Source of the DNA: Heterodontus francisci
Taxonomy: Eukaryota
DNA: 64,000 nt
Assembly (NCBI RefSeq): GCF_036365525.1
Contig: NC_090387.1
Location: forward strand, 88,701,691-88,765,690
Direction: 5' to 3'
Below the pieces are notes generated by a model. That model did no database searches, had not been told where the DNA came from, and saw nothing but the letters and a program-made list of their open reading frames with translations. Position numbers and translations under genes: made by a program. Below are positions 51,228 through 62,203 of this stretch, one piece after another; the first letter of the stretch is position 1, and each line of letters starts with the position of its first letter.

Positions 51228-54200
51228 GGAGGGAGCAGACTCGGAGGGCGGAGTTCCAGACCGGTAAGTATTAAAAAAAAAACTTACATCGGGGATTCTC
51301 GGAGCAGACTCGGAGGGCGGAGTTCCAGAGCGAGAAGTATAAAAAACTTACCTCGGGGATTCTCGGAGCAGACTCGGAGGGAGGAGTTCCAGACCGGCGA
51401 GCTTCCTCGGGAAGGGAAAAAAAGCTGAAAAGGTGACGTCACGGGAAAGCCGTGATCTGATTGGCTGGTAGGGAATCTGCAACGAATTTGAAAATAAAAC
51501 TGATAAAAATTGATTAAAACACTAATTAACTAACTAATAATTAGAATAAAGAAACCAGAGGGAGGAGATTATTGTATTTAGTTAGCATTTAGTGTTTATT
51601 GTAGAAATCTAGCACTAGGGAGATTATAGTTAAGTGTATCATAATTTATTAAGGATTTAATAAGTATTTATTTATTTTATATTAATTAACTAATTAGTGA
51701 TAGAAATGTCAGTTAGAGGCGTAAACCTGTGAGATGTGGGAGGTCCGTGCCGCTTCCAGCGTTCCGGGCGACGACATCTGCAGGAAGTTTACCCAGTTGC
51801 AGCTCCTCACAGACCGCATGGATCGGTTGGAGCGGCAACTGTATGCACTTAGGAGCATGCAGGTGGCGGAAAGCATCATAGACAGGAGTTTTAGAGAAGT
51901 GGTTACACCCAAGGTGCAGGCAGATAGATAGGTGACCGCTAGAAGGGGCAGGCAGTCAGTGCAGGAATCCCCTGTGGCTATCCCCCTCTCTAACAAGTAT
52001 ACCGTTTTGGATACTGTTGGGGGGGATGAGCTATCAGGGGAAAACAGCAGCAGCCAGAGCAGTGGCACCACGGCTGGCACTGTTGTTCAGCAGGGAGGGA
52101 CAAAGCGCAGAAGAGCAATAATGAAAGGGGACTCGATAGTCAGAGGCACAGATAGGCGCTTCTGTGGACGTGAAAGAGACTCCAGGATGGTATGTTGCCT
52201 CCCTGGAGCCAGGGTCAAGGATGTCTCTGAACGGACAGGGGGCATTCTGAAGGGGGAGGGTGAACAGCCAGAGGTTGTGGTACACATCAGTACCAACGAC
52301 ATAGGCAGGAAGAGTGATGAGGTCCTGCAGGGGGAGTTTAGGGAGTTAGGTAGTAAGATAATAAAAACAGGACCTCTAGGGTTGTAATCTCTGGATTACT
52401 CCCTGTGCCACGTGCCAGTGAGGTGAGAAATAGGGAAATAGTGCAGCTAAACACGTGGCTGAACAGCTGGTGTAGAAGGGAGGGTTTCAGATATCTGGAC
52501 CATTGGGCTCTTTTCAGGGAGAGATGGGACCTGTACAAGAAGGACGGGTTGCATCTAAACTGGAGGGGCACTAATATCCTGGCTGCAAGGTTTGCGAGCG
52601 TCACTCGGGAGGGTTTAAACTAGTGTGGCAGGGGGGTGTGAACCAGAGCAGTTGGACAGCTAGTGAAATAAATGAGGAGGACATAGTAAATAAGGCCAGT
52701 AGGACAAAGAGCAAGAGCAGGCAGGGAGATGTTGCTGAGCACAGAGGGTCTGGTGGTCTGAAGTGCATTTGTTTCAATGCGAGAAGTATAACAGGTAAGG
52801 CAGATGAACTTAGAGCTTGGATTAGGACTTGGAAATATGATGTTGATGCTATTACAGAGACTTAGTTGAGGGAAGGGCAGGATTGGCAGCTAAATATTCA
52901 AGGTTTTAGAAGTTTCAGGCGGGACAGAGGGGGATGTAAAAGGGGTGGGGGAGTTACATTACTGGTTAATGAGAAAATCACAGCTGCACTGCGGGAGGCT
53001 ACCTCAGAGGGGTCATGCAGTGAGGCAATATGGGTGGAGCTCAGGAATAGGAAGGGAGCAGTCATGATATTGGGGGTTTACGACAGGGCTCCCAACAGCC
53101 AGCGGGAGGTAGAGGAACAGATATGTAGACAGATTTTGGAAAGATGTAAAGGTAACAGGGTTGTGGTGGTGGGTGATTTTAACTTCCCCAATATTGACAG
53201 GAACTCACTTAGTGCTAGGGGCTTGGATGGGGCAGAATTTGTGAGGAGCATAAAGGAGGGTTCTTGCACCACGATGTAGATAGACCAACTAGGGATGGGG
53301 CCATTCTGGACTAGGTATTGGGGAATGAACTCGGCCAGGTGGTCGAAGTTTCAGTGGAGGAGCATTTCAGGAGCAGTGACCATAATTCCATAAGTTTTAA
53401 GGTACTTGTTTATAGGGATAAGAGTAGTCCTCGGGTGAAGGTGCTTAATTGGGGCAAGGCTAATTATAACAATATTAGGCAGGAACTGAAGAATTTAGAT
53501 TGGGGGCGGCTGTTTGAGGGTAAATCAACATCTGACATGTGGGAGTCTTTCAAACGTCAGCTGATTAGAATCCAGGACCAGCATGTTCCTGTGAGGAAGA
53601 AAGACAGGTGTGGCAAGCTTCGGGAAGCCTGGACAACGTGGGATATTGTGAGCCTCGTCAAAAAGAAAAAGGAAGCATTTGTAAGGGCTGGAAGGCTAGA
53701 AACAGATGAAGCACTTGAGAAATATAAAGACAGTAGGAAGGAACTTAAGCCAGGAGTTAGGAGGGCTAAAAGGGGTCATGAAAAGTCATTGGCAAACAGG
53801 ATTAAGGAAAGTACCAAGGCTTTTTATACATAGATCAAGAGCAAGAGGGTAACTAGGGAAAGGGTTGGCCCACTCAAGGACAGAGATGGGAATCTATGTG
53901 TGGAGCCAGATGAAATGGGCGAGGTGCTAAATGAGTACTTTGCATCAGTATTCACCAAGGAGAAGGACTTGGTGGATTATGAGCCTAGGGAAGGGAGTGC
54001 AGATAGTCTCAGTCATCTCATTATCAAAAAGGAGGAGGTCTTGGGTGTCTTGCAAAGCATTAAGGTAGATAAGTCCCCAGAACCTGATGGGATCTACACC
54101 AGAATACTGAGGGAGGCAAGGGAAGAAATTGCTGGGGCCTTGACAGAAATCTTTGCATCCTCATTGGCTACAGGTGAGGTCCCAGAGGACTGGAGAATAG

Positions 54201-55632
54201 CCAATGTTGTTCCTTTGTTTAAGAAGGGTGGCAAGGATAATCCAGGCAATTATAGGCCGGTGAGCCTTACGTCAGTGGTAGGGAAACTACTAGAGAGGAT
54301 TATTCGGGACAGTATTTACTCCCATTTGGAAACAAACGAACTTATTAGCGTGAGACAGCATGGTTTTGTGAAGGGGAGGTCGTGTCTTACTGATTGGATT
54401 GAGTTTTTTGAGGAAGTGATGAAGATGATTGATGAAGGAAGGGCAGTGGATGTTATCTATATGGACTTCGGTAAAGCCTTTGACAAGGTCCCGCATGGCA
54501 GACTGGTACAAAAGGTGAAGTCACACAGGATCAGAGGTGAGCTGGCAAGATGGAGACAGAACTGGCTCGGTCATAGAAGACAGAGGGTATCAGTGGATGG
54601 GTGCTTTTCTGAATGGAGGGATGTGACTATTGGTGTTCCACATGGATCAATGCTAGGACCTTTACTGTTGGTAGTATATATAAATGATTTGGAGGAAAAT
54701 GTAGCTGGTCGGATTAGTAAGTTTGCGGACGGCACAAAGTTTGGTGGAGTTGCAGATAATGATGAGGATTGTCAGAGGATACAGCAGGATATAGTTCAGT
54801 TGGAGACTTGGGCGGAGAAATGGCAGATGGAGTTTAATCCAGACAAATGTGAGGTAATGCATTTTGGAAGGTCTGATGCAGGTGGGAGGTATACAGTAAA
54901 TGGCAGAACCGTTAGGACAGAGAGATCTGGTCGTACAGGTCCACAGGTCACTGAAAGTGGCAAAGCAGGTAGATAAGGTAGTCAAGAAGGCATACGGCAT
55001 GCTTGCCTTCATCGGTCGGGGCATAGAGTATAAAAATTGGCAAGTCATGTTGCAGCTGCACAGAAACTTGATTAGCCCACACTTAGAATATTGCGTGCAA
55101 TTCTGGTCGCCACACTACCAGAAGGATGTGGAGGCTTTGGAGAGGGTACAGAGGAGGTTTACCAGGATGTTGCCTGGTCTGGAGGGCATTAGCTATGAGG
55201 AGAGGTTGGAAAAACTCGGATTGTTTTCGCTGGAACGACGGAGGTGGAAGGGCGACATGATCGAGGTTTACAAAGTTATGAGCATAATGGACAGAGTTGA
55301 TAGTCAGAAGCTTTTTCCCAGGGTGGAAGAGTCAGTTACTAGGAGACATAGGTTTAAGGTGTGAGCCGCAAAATTTAAAGGGATTTGCGAGGCAAGTTTT
55401 TTTGCACAGAGGGTGGTGAGTACCTGGAACCTGCTGCCAGAGGAGGTGGTGGAAGCAGATACGATAGCGACGTTTAAGGGACATCTTGACAAATACATGA
55501 ATAGGAAGGGAATAGAGGTATATGGGCCCCGGAAGTGCAGAAGGTGTTAGTTTAGGCAAGCATCAAGATCGGTTCAAGCTTGGAGGGCCGAATGGCCTGT
55601 TCCTGTGCTGTACTGTTCTTTGTTCTTTGTTC
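51228..55632 (+). mobile_element. Near full-length CR1/HER1-like LINE (5' UTR, ORF1 esterase 51706-52623, ORF2 APE-RT about 52760-55510), both ORFs disrupted
   Basis: GDSIVRG, CLPGARVKD, DGLHLN (SGNH esterase); NARSI, VGDFNFP, SDH (APE); YMDF.KAFD, KFADG (RT); (TGTTCTT)n tail; several stops and frameshifts. Confidence 0.96.
51232..51470 (+). promoter_or_regulatory. CR1 5'-UTR tandem monomers with GC boxes, CRE and CCAAT box
   Basis: Units start at 51232, 51301, 51365 (ggagcagactcggagggcggagttccaga); TGACGTCA 51434-51441; ATTGG 51460-51464. Confidence 0.6.
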
Positions 55633-56480
55633 ATTTGGCCCATCAAGCCTGCCCCGCCATTCAATACGATCATCGCTGATCTTGCGCTTCAATTCCACTT
55701 TCCCGCCTGCTCCCCATATCCCTTGATTCCCTGTGAGACCAAAAATCTATCTATCCCAGCCTTAAATCTATTCAATGATCAAGAATCCACAACCCTCTAT
55801 GGTAGAGAATTCTAAAGATTCACAACACGTTGAGTGTACTAATTTCTCCTCATCTCAGTCCTGAATTATTTGCCAAATATCCTGTGTCCCTGCACTCCAG
55901 ATTGCCAGAGCAGTGGGAACAATCTCTCAGCTGCTACCTTATCAAGCCCTTTCAGAAGCTTGTATGTCACAAGTAGATTGACTCGCATTCTTCTAAACTC
56001 CAGAGAATATCGGCCAATTCAGTCAGTCTCTGATCATCGGACACCCCCCCGCCCCCACCGCCAAGCCCCTCCCCGCCCCACCCCCCAGCCCCCACCAACC
56101 ACCATCCCAGGGATCAACTTAGTAAATATGCGCTGCACTGACTCCAGAGCAAGTATATCCTTTCTCACATGTCGAACCAAATCTGCACACAATATTCCAG
56201 GTGCGGTCTCACCAAAGCCAAACCTGTACAGTTTTAGTAAGACTTCTTTATCCCTGTACTCCAATCCCCATGCAATAAAGGCAAATATGCCATTTGCCTT
56301 CCTAATAGCCTTCTGCACCTGCACCTTAACGTTGTGCGTTCCTTGGATGAGTACCCACAAATCTGTCTGAACATCAACACTTAATAGATTCGTATCTTTT
56401 AAAAACATTCTGCGTTTCTATTTTTACCACCAAAGTGAACAACTTCACATTTCCCTACATGATATTTACATGATATTTAG

Positions 56481-59400
56481 GGTAGGCGGTGGCGTAGTGG
56501 TTTTATCACTGGACCAAAAACCCAGGGCATTTCTCTGGGGACATGGGTTCGAATCCACCAAAGCAGAAGGTCAAATTTGAATTTAATTAATAAATCTGGA
56601 ATTTAAAGTTAGTCTAATGATGGCGATGAAACCCATCTGGTTCGCTAATGTCATTTAGGGAAGGAAATCTGCTGTCCTTACCAGGTCTGGCCCTCATGTG
56701 ACCCACAGCAAAGTGGTTGACTCTAACACGTCCTCTGAAATGGCCCAGCAAGCCACTCAGTTGTACCTATGAAGGGTACGATGAAGTTCAGTTCCGATGA
56801 AGGGTCACTGACCCGAAACGTTAACTCTGCTTCTCTTTCCACAGATGCTGCCAGACCTGCTGAGTGGTTCCAGCATTTCTTGTTTTTATTTCAGATTTCC
56901 AGCATCCGCAGTATTTTGCTTTTATTTTACTCAGTTGTACCTAACCGCTACGAAGTCAATAAAAAGGAATGAAACTGGACAGACCAGCCGGCATCGACCT
57001 AGGCACCAGAAACGACAACAGCAGACCCTGCAAAGTCCTCCTTACGAACCTCTGGGAGCTTGTGCCAAAGTTGGGAGAGCTGTCCCACAGACCAGCCAAG
57101 CAACAGCCTGACATAGTCATACTCATGGAATCATACCTTACAGACAATGACCCAGACTCTGCCATCACCATCCCCGGGTATGTCCTGTCCCACCGGCAGG
57201 GTAGACCCACCAGAGGTGATGGTACAGTTGTATACAGTAGGGAGGGAGTTGCCCTGAGAGTTGTCAACATCGACTCTGGGTCGCATGAAGTCTCATGGCA
57301 TCAGGTCAAACATGGACAAGGAAACCTCCAGCTGATTACCATCTACTGCCCTCCCTCAGCTGCTGACTCAGTACTCCTCGATGTTGAACACCACTTGGAG
57401 GGAGCACTGAGGGTCGCAAGGGCACAAAATGTACTCTGGGTGGGGGGACTTCAACGTCCATCACCAAGAGTGGCTCGGTAGCACCACTATTAACTGAGCT
57501 GTCTGAGTCCTAAAGGACAGAGCTGCTAGACTGGGTCTGCGGCATGTGGTGGGGGAAACAACACGAGGGAAAAACATACTTGACCTCGCCCTCAGCAATC
57601 TGCCTGCCGCAGATGCTTCTGTCCATGACAGTATTGGTTGGAGTGGCCACCGCACTGTCCTTGTGGAGACGAAGTCCCGCCTTCACATTGAAGATACCAT
57701 CCATTGTGTTGTGTGGCACTATCATCGTGTTGTGTGGCACCATCACCGTGCTAAATGGGATAGATTTCGAACAGATCTAGCAATGCAAAACTGGACATCC
57801 ATGAGGCGCTATGGGCCATCAGCAGCAGCAGAATTGTACTCAACCACAATCTGTAACCTCATGGCCCGGCATATCGCCCACTCTACCATTACCATCAAGC
57901 CAGGAGACCAACCCTTGTTCAATGAACAGTGCAAGAGGACATGCCAAGAGCAGCACCAGTCATATCTCAAAATGTGGTGTCAACCTGGTGAAGCTACAGC
58001 CCAGGACTATCTGCATGCCAAGCTACATAAGCAGCATGCGATAGACAGAGCTAAGCGATCCCATAACCAATGGATCAGATGTAAACTCTGCAGTCCTGCC
58101 ACATCCAGCTGTGAATGGTGGTGGACAATTAACCAACTAACTGGAGGAGGTGGCTCCACAAATAACCCCATCCTCAATCATGGGGGAGCCCAGCACATCA
58201 GTGTGAAAGATAAGGCTGAAGCATTTGCAACAATCTTCAGCCAGAAGTGCCAGGTTGATCACCCATCTTGGCCTCCTCCTGAAGTCCCAAGCACCACAGA
58301 TGCCAGACTTCAGCCAATTCGATTCACTCTGCGTGATATCAAGAAACGAATGAAGGCACTGGATACTGCAAATGCTATGGGCCATGACAATATTCCAGCA
58401 ATAGTACTCAAGATCTGTGCTCAAGAACTTGCCACGCCCTTAGCCAAGCTGTTCCAATACAGCTACAACACTGGCATCTACCCTGTAATGTGGAAAATTG
58501 CCCAGGTATGTACTGTACACAAAAAGCAGGACAGGTACAACCCAGACAATTACCGCCCCAGCAACCTACTCTCAATCATCAGTGAAGTGATGGAATGTGT
58601 CATCAACAGTGCCATCAAGTGGCACTTGCTTAGCAACAACCTGCTCAGTGACGCTCAGTTTGGTTTCCACCAGGGCCACTCAGCTCCTGAACACATCACA
58701 TCCTTGGTTCAAACGTGGACAAAAGAGCTGAACTCAAGGGGTGAGGTGCGAGTGACTGCCCTTGACATCAAGGCAGCATTTGACCGAGTATGGCATCAAG
58801 GAGCCCCAGCAAAACTGGAGTCAATGGGAATCGGGGGAAAACCCTCCGCTGGCTGGTGTCATACCTAACGCAAAGGAAAATGGTTGTGGTTGTTAGAGGT
58901 CGATCATCTGAGCTCCAGGTTATCACTGCAGGAGTTCCTCAGGGTAGTGCCCTAGGGCCAATCATCTTCAGCTGCTTCATCAATGACCTTCCTTCAAACA
59001 TAAGGTCAGAAGTGGGGATGTTCGCTGATGATTGCACAATGTTCAGCACCATTCGTGACTCCTCAGATACTGAAGCCGTCCGTGTATAAATGCAGCAAGA
59101 TCTGGACAATATCCAGGCTTGGGCTGATAAGTGGCAAGTAACATTCCCGCCACACAAGTGCCAGGCAATGACCATCTCCAACAAGAGAGAATCTAACCAA
59201 CTCCCCTTGACATTCAACGGCATTACCATCGTTGAATCCCCCATTATCAACATCCTAGGGGCTACCATTGACCAGAAATTGAACTGGAGTAGCCATATAA
59301 ATACCATGGCTACAAGAGCAGGTCAGAGGCTCGGAATCCTGACACGAGTAACTCACCTCCTGACTTCCCAAAGCCTGTCCACCATCTACAAGGCTCAAGT

Positions 59401-59920
59401 CAGGAGTGTGATGGAATACTCTCCACTTGCCTGGATGGGTGCAACTCCAACAACACTCAAGAAGCTCGACACCATCCAGGACAAAGCAGCCCGCTTGATT
59501 CGCACCACATCTACAAACATTCACTCCCTCCACCACCGACGCACAGTGGCAGCAGTGTGTACCATCTGCAAACTGCACTGCAGCAATGCACCAAGGCTCC
59601 TCAGACAGCACCTTCCAAACCCACAACCTCTAGCAACTAGAAGGACAAGGGCAGCAAATACATGGGAACACCACCACCTGCTAGTTCCCCTCCAAGTCGC
59701 ACACCATCCTGACTTGGAACTATATCGCCATTCCTTCATTGTCGCTGGATCAAAATCCTGGAACTCCCTTACTAATAGCATTGTGGGTGTACCTACCCCA
59801 CATGGACTGCAGCGGTTCAAGAAGGCAGCTCACCACCACCTTGTCAAGGGCAATTAGAAATGGGCAATAAATGCTGGCCTGGCCAGCGACGCCCTCATCC
59901 CATAAATAAATATAAAAAAT
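56481..59920 (+). mobile_element. Near full-length single-ORF APE-RT LINE (second lineage) with tRNA-like 5' head; frameshifted
   Basis: A box TGGCGTAGTGG 56490-56500, B box GGTTCGAATCC 56546-56556; ORF pieces 56969-59857 with PDIVILMES.L, LDIKAAFDRVWH, QGSALGP, FADD; tail gggcaataaatgctggc...A-rich. Confidence 0.92.
56770..56928 (+). mobile_element. Penelope-terminus short insertion with hammerhead-like motif
   Basis: 15-bp TSD actcagttgtaccta (56755-56769 and 56929-56943); agtt-ccgatga-a-gggtcactgaccc-gaaac-gtt-aact. Confidence 0.88.
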
Positions 59921-60013
59921 AATGATACTCCATTTGCCATTTTGTTGCCCACTCACTTAACCTGTCTATATCACTTTGCAGCCTCTCTGCATCCTCGCCG
60001 CAGCTGAACTTAT

Positions 60014-60357
60014 GGGCGGCACAGTGGCACAGTGGTTAGCACCGCAGCCTCACAACTCCAGCGACTCGGGTTCAATTCTGGGTACTGCCTGTGTGGAGTT
60101 TGCAAGTTCTCCCTGTGTCTGCGTGGGTTTCTTCCGGGTGCTCCGGTTTCCTCCCACATGCCAAAGACTTGCAGGTTGACAGGTAAATTGGCCATTAGCA
60201 ATTGCCTCTAGTATAGGTAGGTGGTAGGGAAATATCGGGACAGGTTCATATGTGGTAGGAATGCGGAATTAGTGTAGGATTAGTATAAATGGGTGGTTGA
60301 TGGTCAGCACAAACTCGGTGGGCCGAAGGGCCTGCTTCAGTGCTGTATCTCTAAACT
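60014..60357 (+). mobile_element. tRNA-derived V-SINE (HE1-type) with CR1/HER1 3' tail
   Basis: A box tggcacagtgg, B box ggttcaattct, V-domain core gtggagtttgcaagttctccctgtgtctgcgtgggtttc...ctccggtttcctcccaca; tail gggccgaagggcctg..tgctgta shared with the CR1 3' ends. Confidence 0.92.
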
Positions 60358-62040
60358 TTCCACAGAGTTTGTATCATCAGCAAACTTATATACATTGCTT
60401 TCTGTCTCTTCATCCAAGTCATAAATGTAGACTGTAAATATCTGAGACTGCAGCACTGATCCTTGCGGTAGCACGCTATTTGTTGCCTGCCTATTTGAAA
60501 ATGCTGCATTTATGCCCACTGTCTGCTTCCTGTCTGTTACCCAATCCTAAACCCATGCTATTACATTACCTCCAACACCATGAGCCCTTATCTTGCCGAT
60601 TAATCTTTTATATGGCAACTTACCGCATGGCTTTTGAAATCTCGGTCCACCCCAGCTACTTGTTCCCCGTGATCGACCCGACGAGTTGCATCCTCAGAAA
60701 AGCTCTAATAAATTTGTCTAACAGGATATCCCTTCAGTAACACCATGCTGACTTGTTCTATTTATATTTTGCTTTTCCAAATGCAATGTTAAGACTTATT
60801 TAATAATAGTTTCCAGCATCTTCCCAACCACTGATGCTAGGATAACTGGCCTGTAGTTCTGCATTTTCTCTTGACCTCCTTTCTCGAAAAGCTGTGTAAC
60901 TTTTGCCAGCTTCCAGATTGACGGGGCCATTCCTGAATCTAAGGAATTCTGGAAAATCATTGCCAGCGCATCCACTATCTCTGCAGCTATCTTTTTTAGA
61001 ACCCCAGGATGTAGTCCACCTGTTCCTGGAGACTTGTCAGATTCCAGTTCCTCAAGTTTCTCCAATATTTTTTCTCAGCTGATGCCACTATCCTTAATTT
61101 CCTCACTATTTTTAGCCCCTAGTTTGCTGCCTATTTCTGGTATGGAACTTGTTTCTTCTACTGTGAAGACAGACACAACATATTTGTTCAATGCCTCTGC
61201 CCTGTCCCCATTCCCCATGATGATTTCTCTTGTCTCTGCCTCTAATTGATAAAGTCTACTTTAGCTACTCTCTTCCTTTGTATGTACTTATAAAAACTCT
61301 TACAACTGATTTTTTGTTTATTGCTAGCTTGTTTACTCTCACATTCTTTCGCCTTTTTATCAACTTTTTGATGGCCATTTGATGGTTTCTAAAACAGTCT
61401 CAATCCTCAGACTTGCTGCAGGTTTTGCAACATTGTAAACCTCTTTAACTTCCCGAGTGAGCAACGGATGAGTCTTTCCTGACAAGTGTTTGTTTTTGAA
61501 CGGAATGTACTGTCGTTGAACTCTTTGCATTAAATGGGTCCCACCGTTCATCTACGGCCATACCTTCCAGTCTATTTGCCCAATTAATCTGAGCCAGTTC
61601 GCCCCTCATACCTTCTAATTGGCTTTGTTTAAGTTTATTATTTTTTTTTTGAGATTGAAACGTGTCACTTTCAAATTTAACATGAAATTCAATGGTATTA
61701 TGATGACTATTTTCCAGTGGATCTTTTACGATTATTAACCCCTCTTAATTACACATTATGAGATCTAAGATAATGTTATCCCGAGTCGGTTTTACAACGT
61801 ATTGCTCCAAGAAACTGTCATGAAAAGATTCTTCAAACTCATCTTCTGGACTGCTGTTGCCAATTTGAGTACCAGCCTATATATAGATTAATGCAGTACC
61901 TTTTTTATGCGCTCCTATAATTTCCCGTTTAATGTTCTGTCCAATAATATAATTACTGTTAGGGGGCCTGTAACCTACTCCCACCAGTTTTTTCTGATTC
62001 ATGCTATTCCTAATTTTCACCCAAACTGATTCTCCTTCAT

Positions 62041-62203
62041 AATAAATAAATAAAAGCAAATACTTCAGATGCAGTAAAATGAAATCTGTTACATTTCTAA
62101 CATTTGCCAGTTCTGATGAAGAGTCACTGACCTGAAACGTTAACGCTTCTTCTCTTTCCACAGATGCTGCCAGACCTGTTGTGCATTTCCAGCATTTCTT
62201 GTT
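62041..62203 (+). mobile_element. Penelope-terminus insertion with inverted 5' piece
   Basis: 15-bp TSD ctgattctccttcat (62026-62040 and 62204-62218); the first about 35 nt are the element's end in reverse orientation. Confidence 0.85.
62110..62144 (+). ncRNA. Minimal type I hammerhead ribozyme motif (best preserved core in the window)
   Basis: gtt-CTGATGA-agagtcactgacct-GAAAC-GTT-aac: both core boxes, palindromic ACGT stem III, NUH = GUU; stem I only 3 bp. Confidence 0.55.

Noticed and set aside
51232-51400. Repeat-spacer appearance suggesting a CRISPR-like array
   Set aside because: The spacers are themselves homologous, the context is vertebrate, and it is a LINE 5' UTR.
56481-56560. tRNA gene candidates here and at 60014-60085
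   Set aside because: A and B boxes are present but there is no complete cloverleaf, and both continue into retroelement bodies.
51706-59857. Long ORFs (358, 440, 255 aa; also 347 aa at 40623-41666) as host genes
   Set aside because: All are LINE ORF1 or APE-RT fragments with stops and frameshifts.
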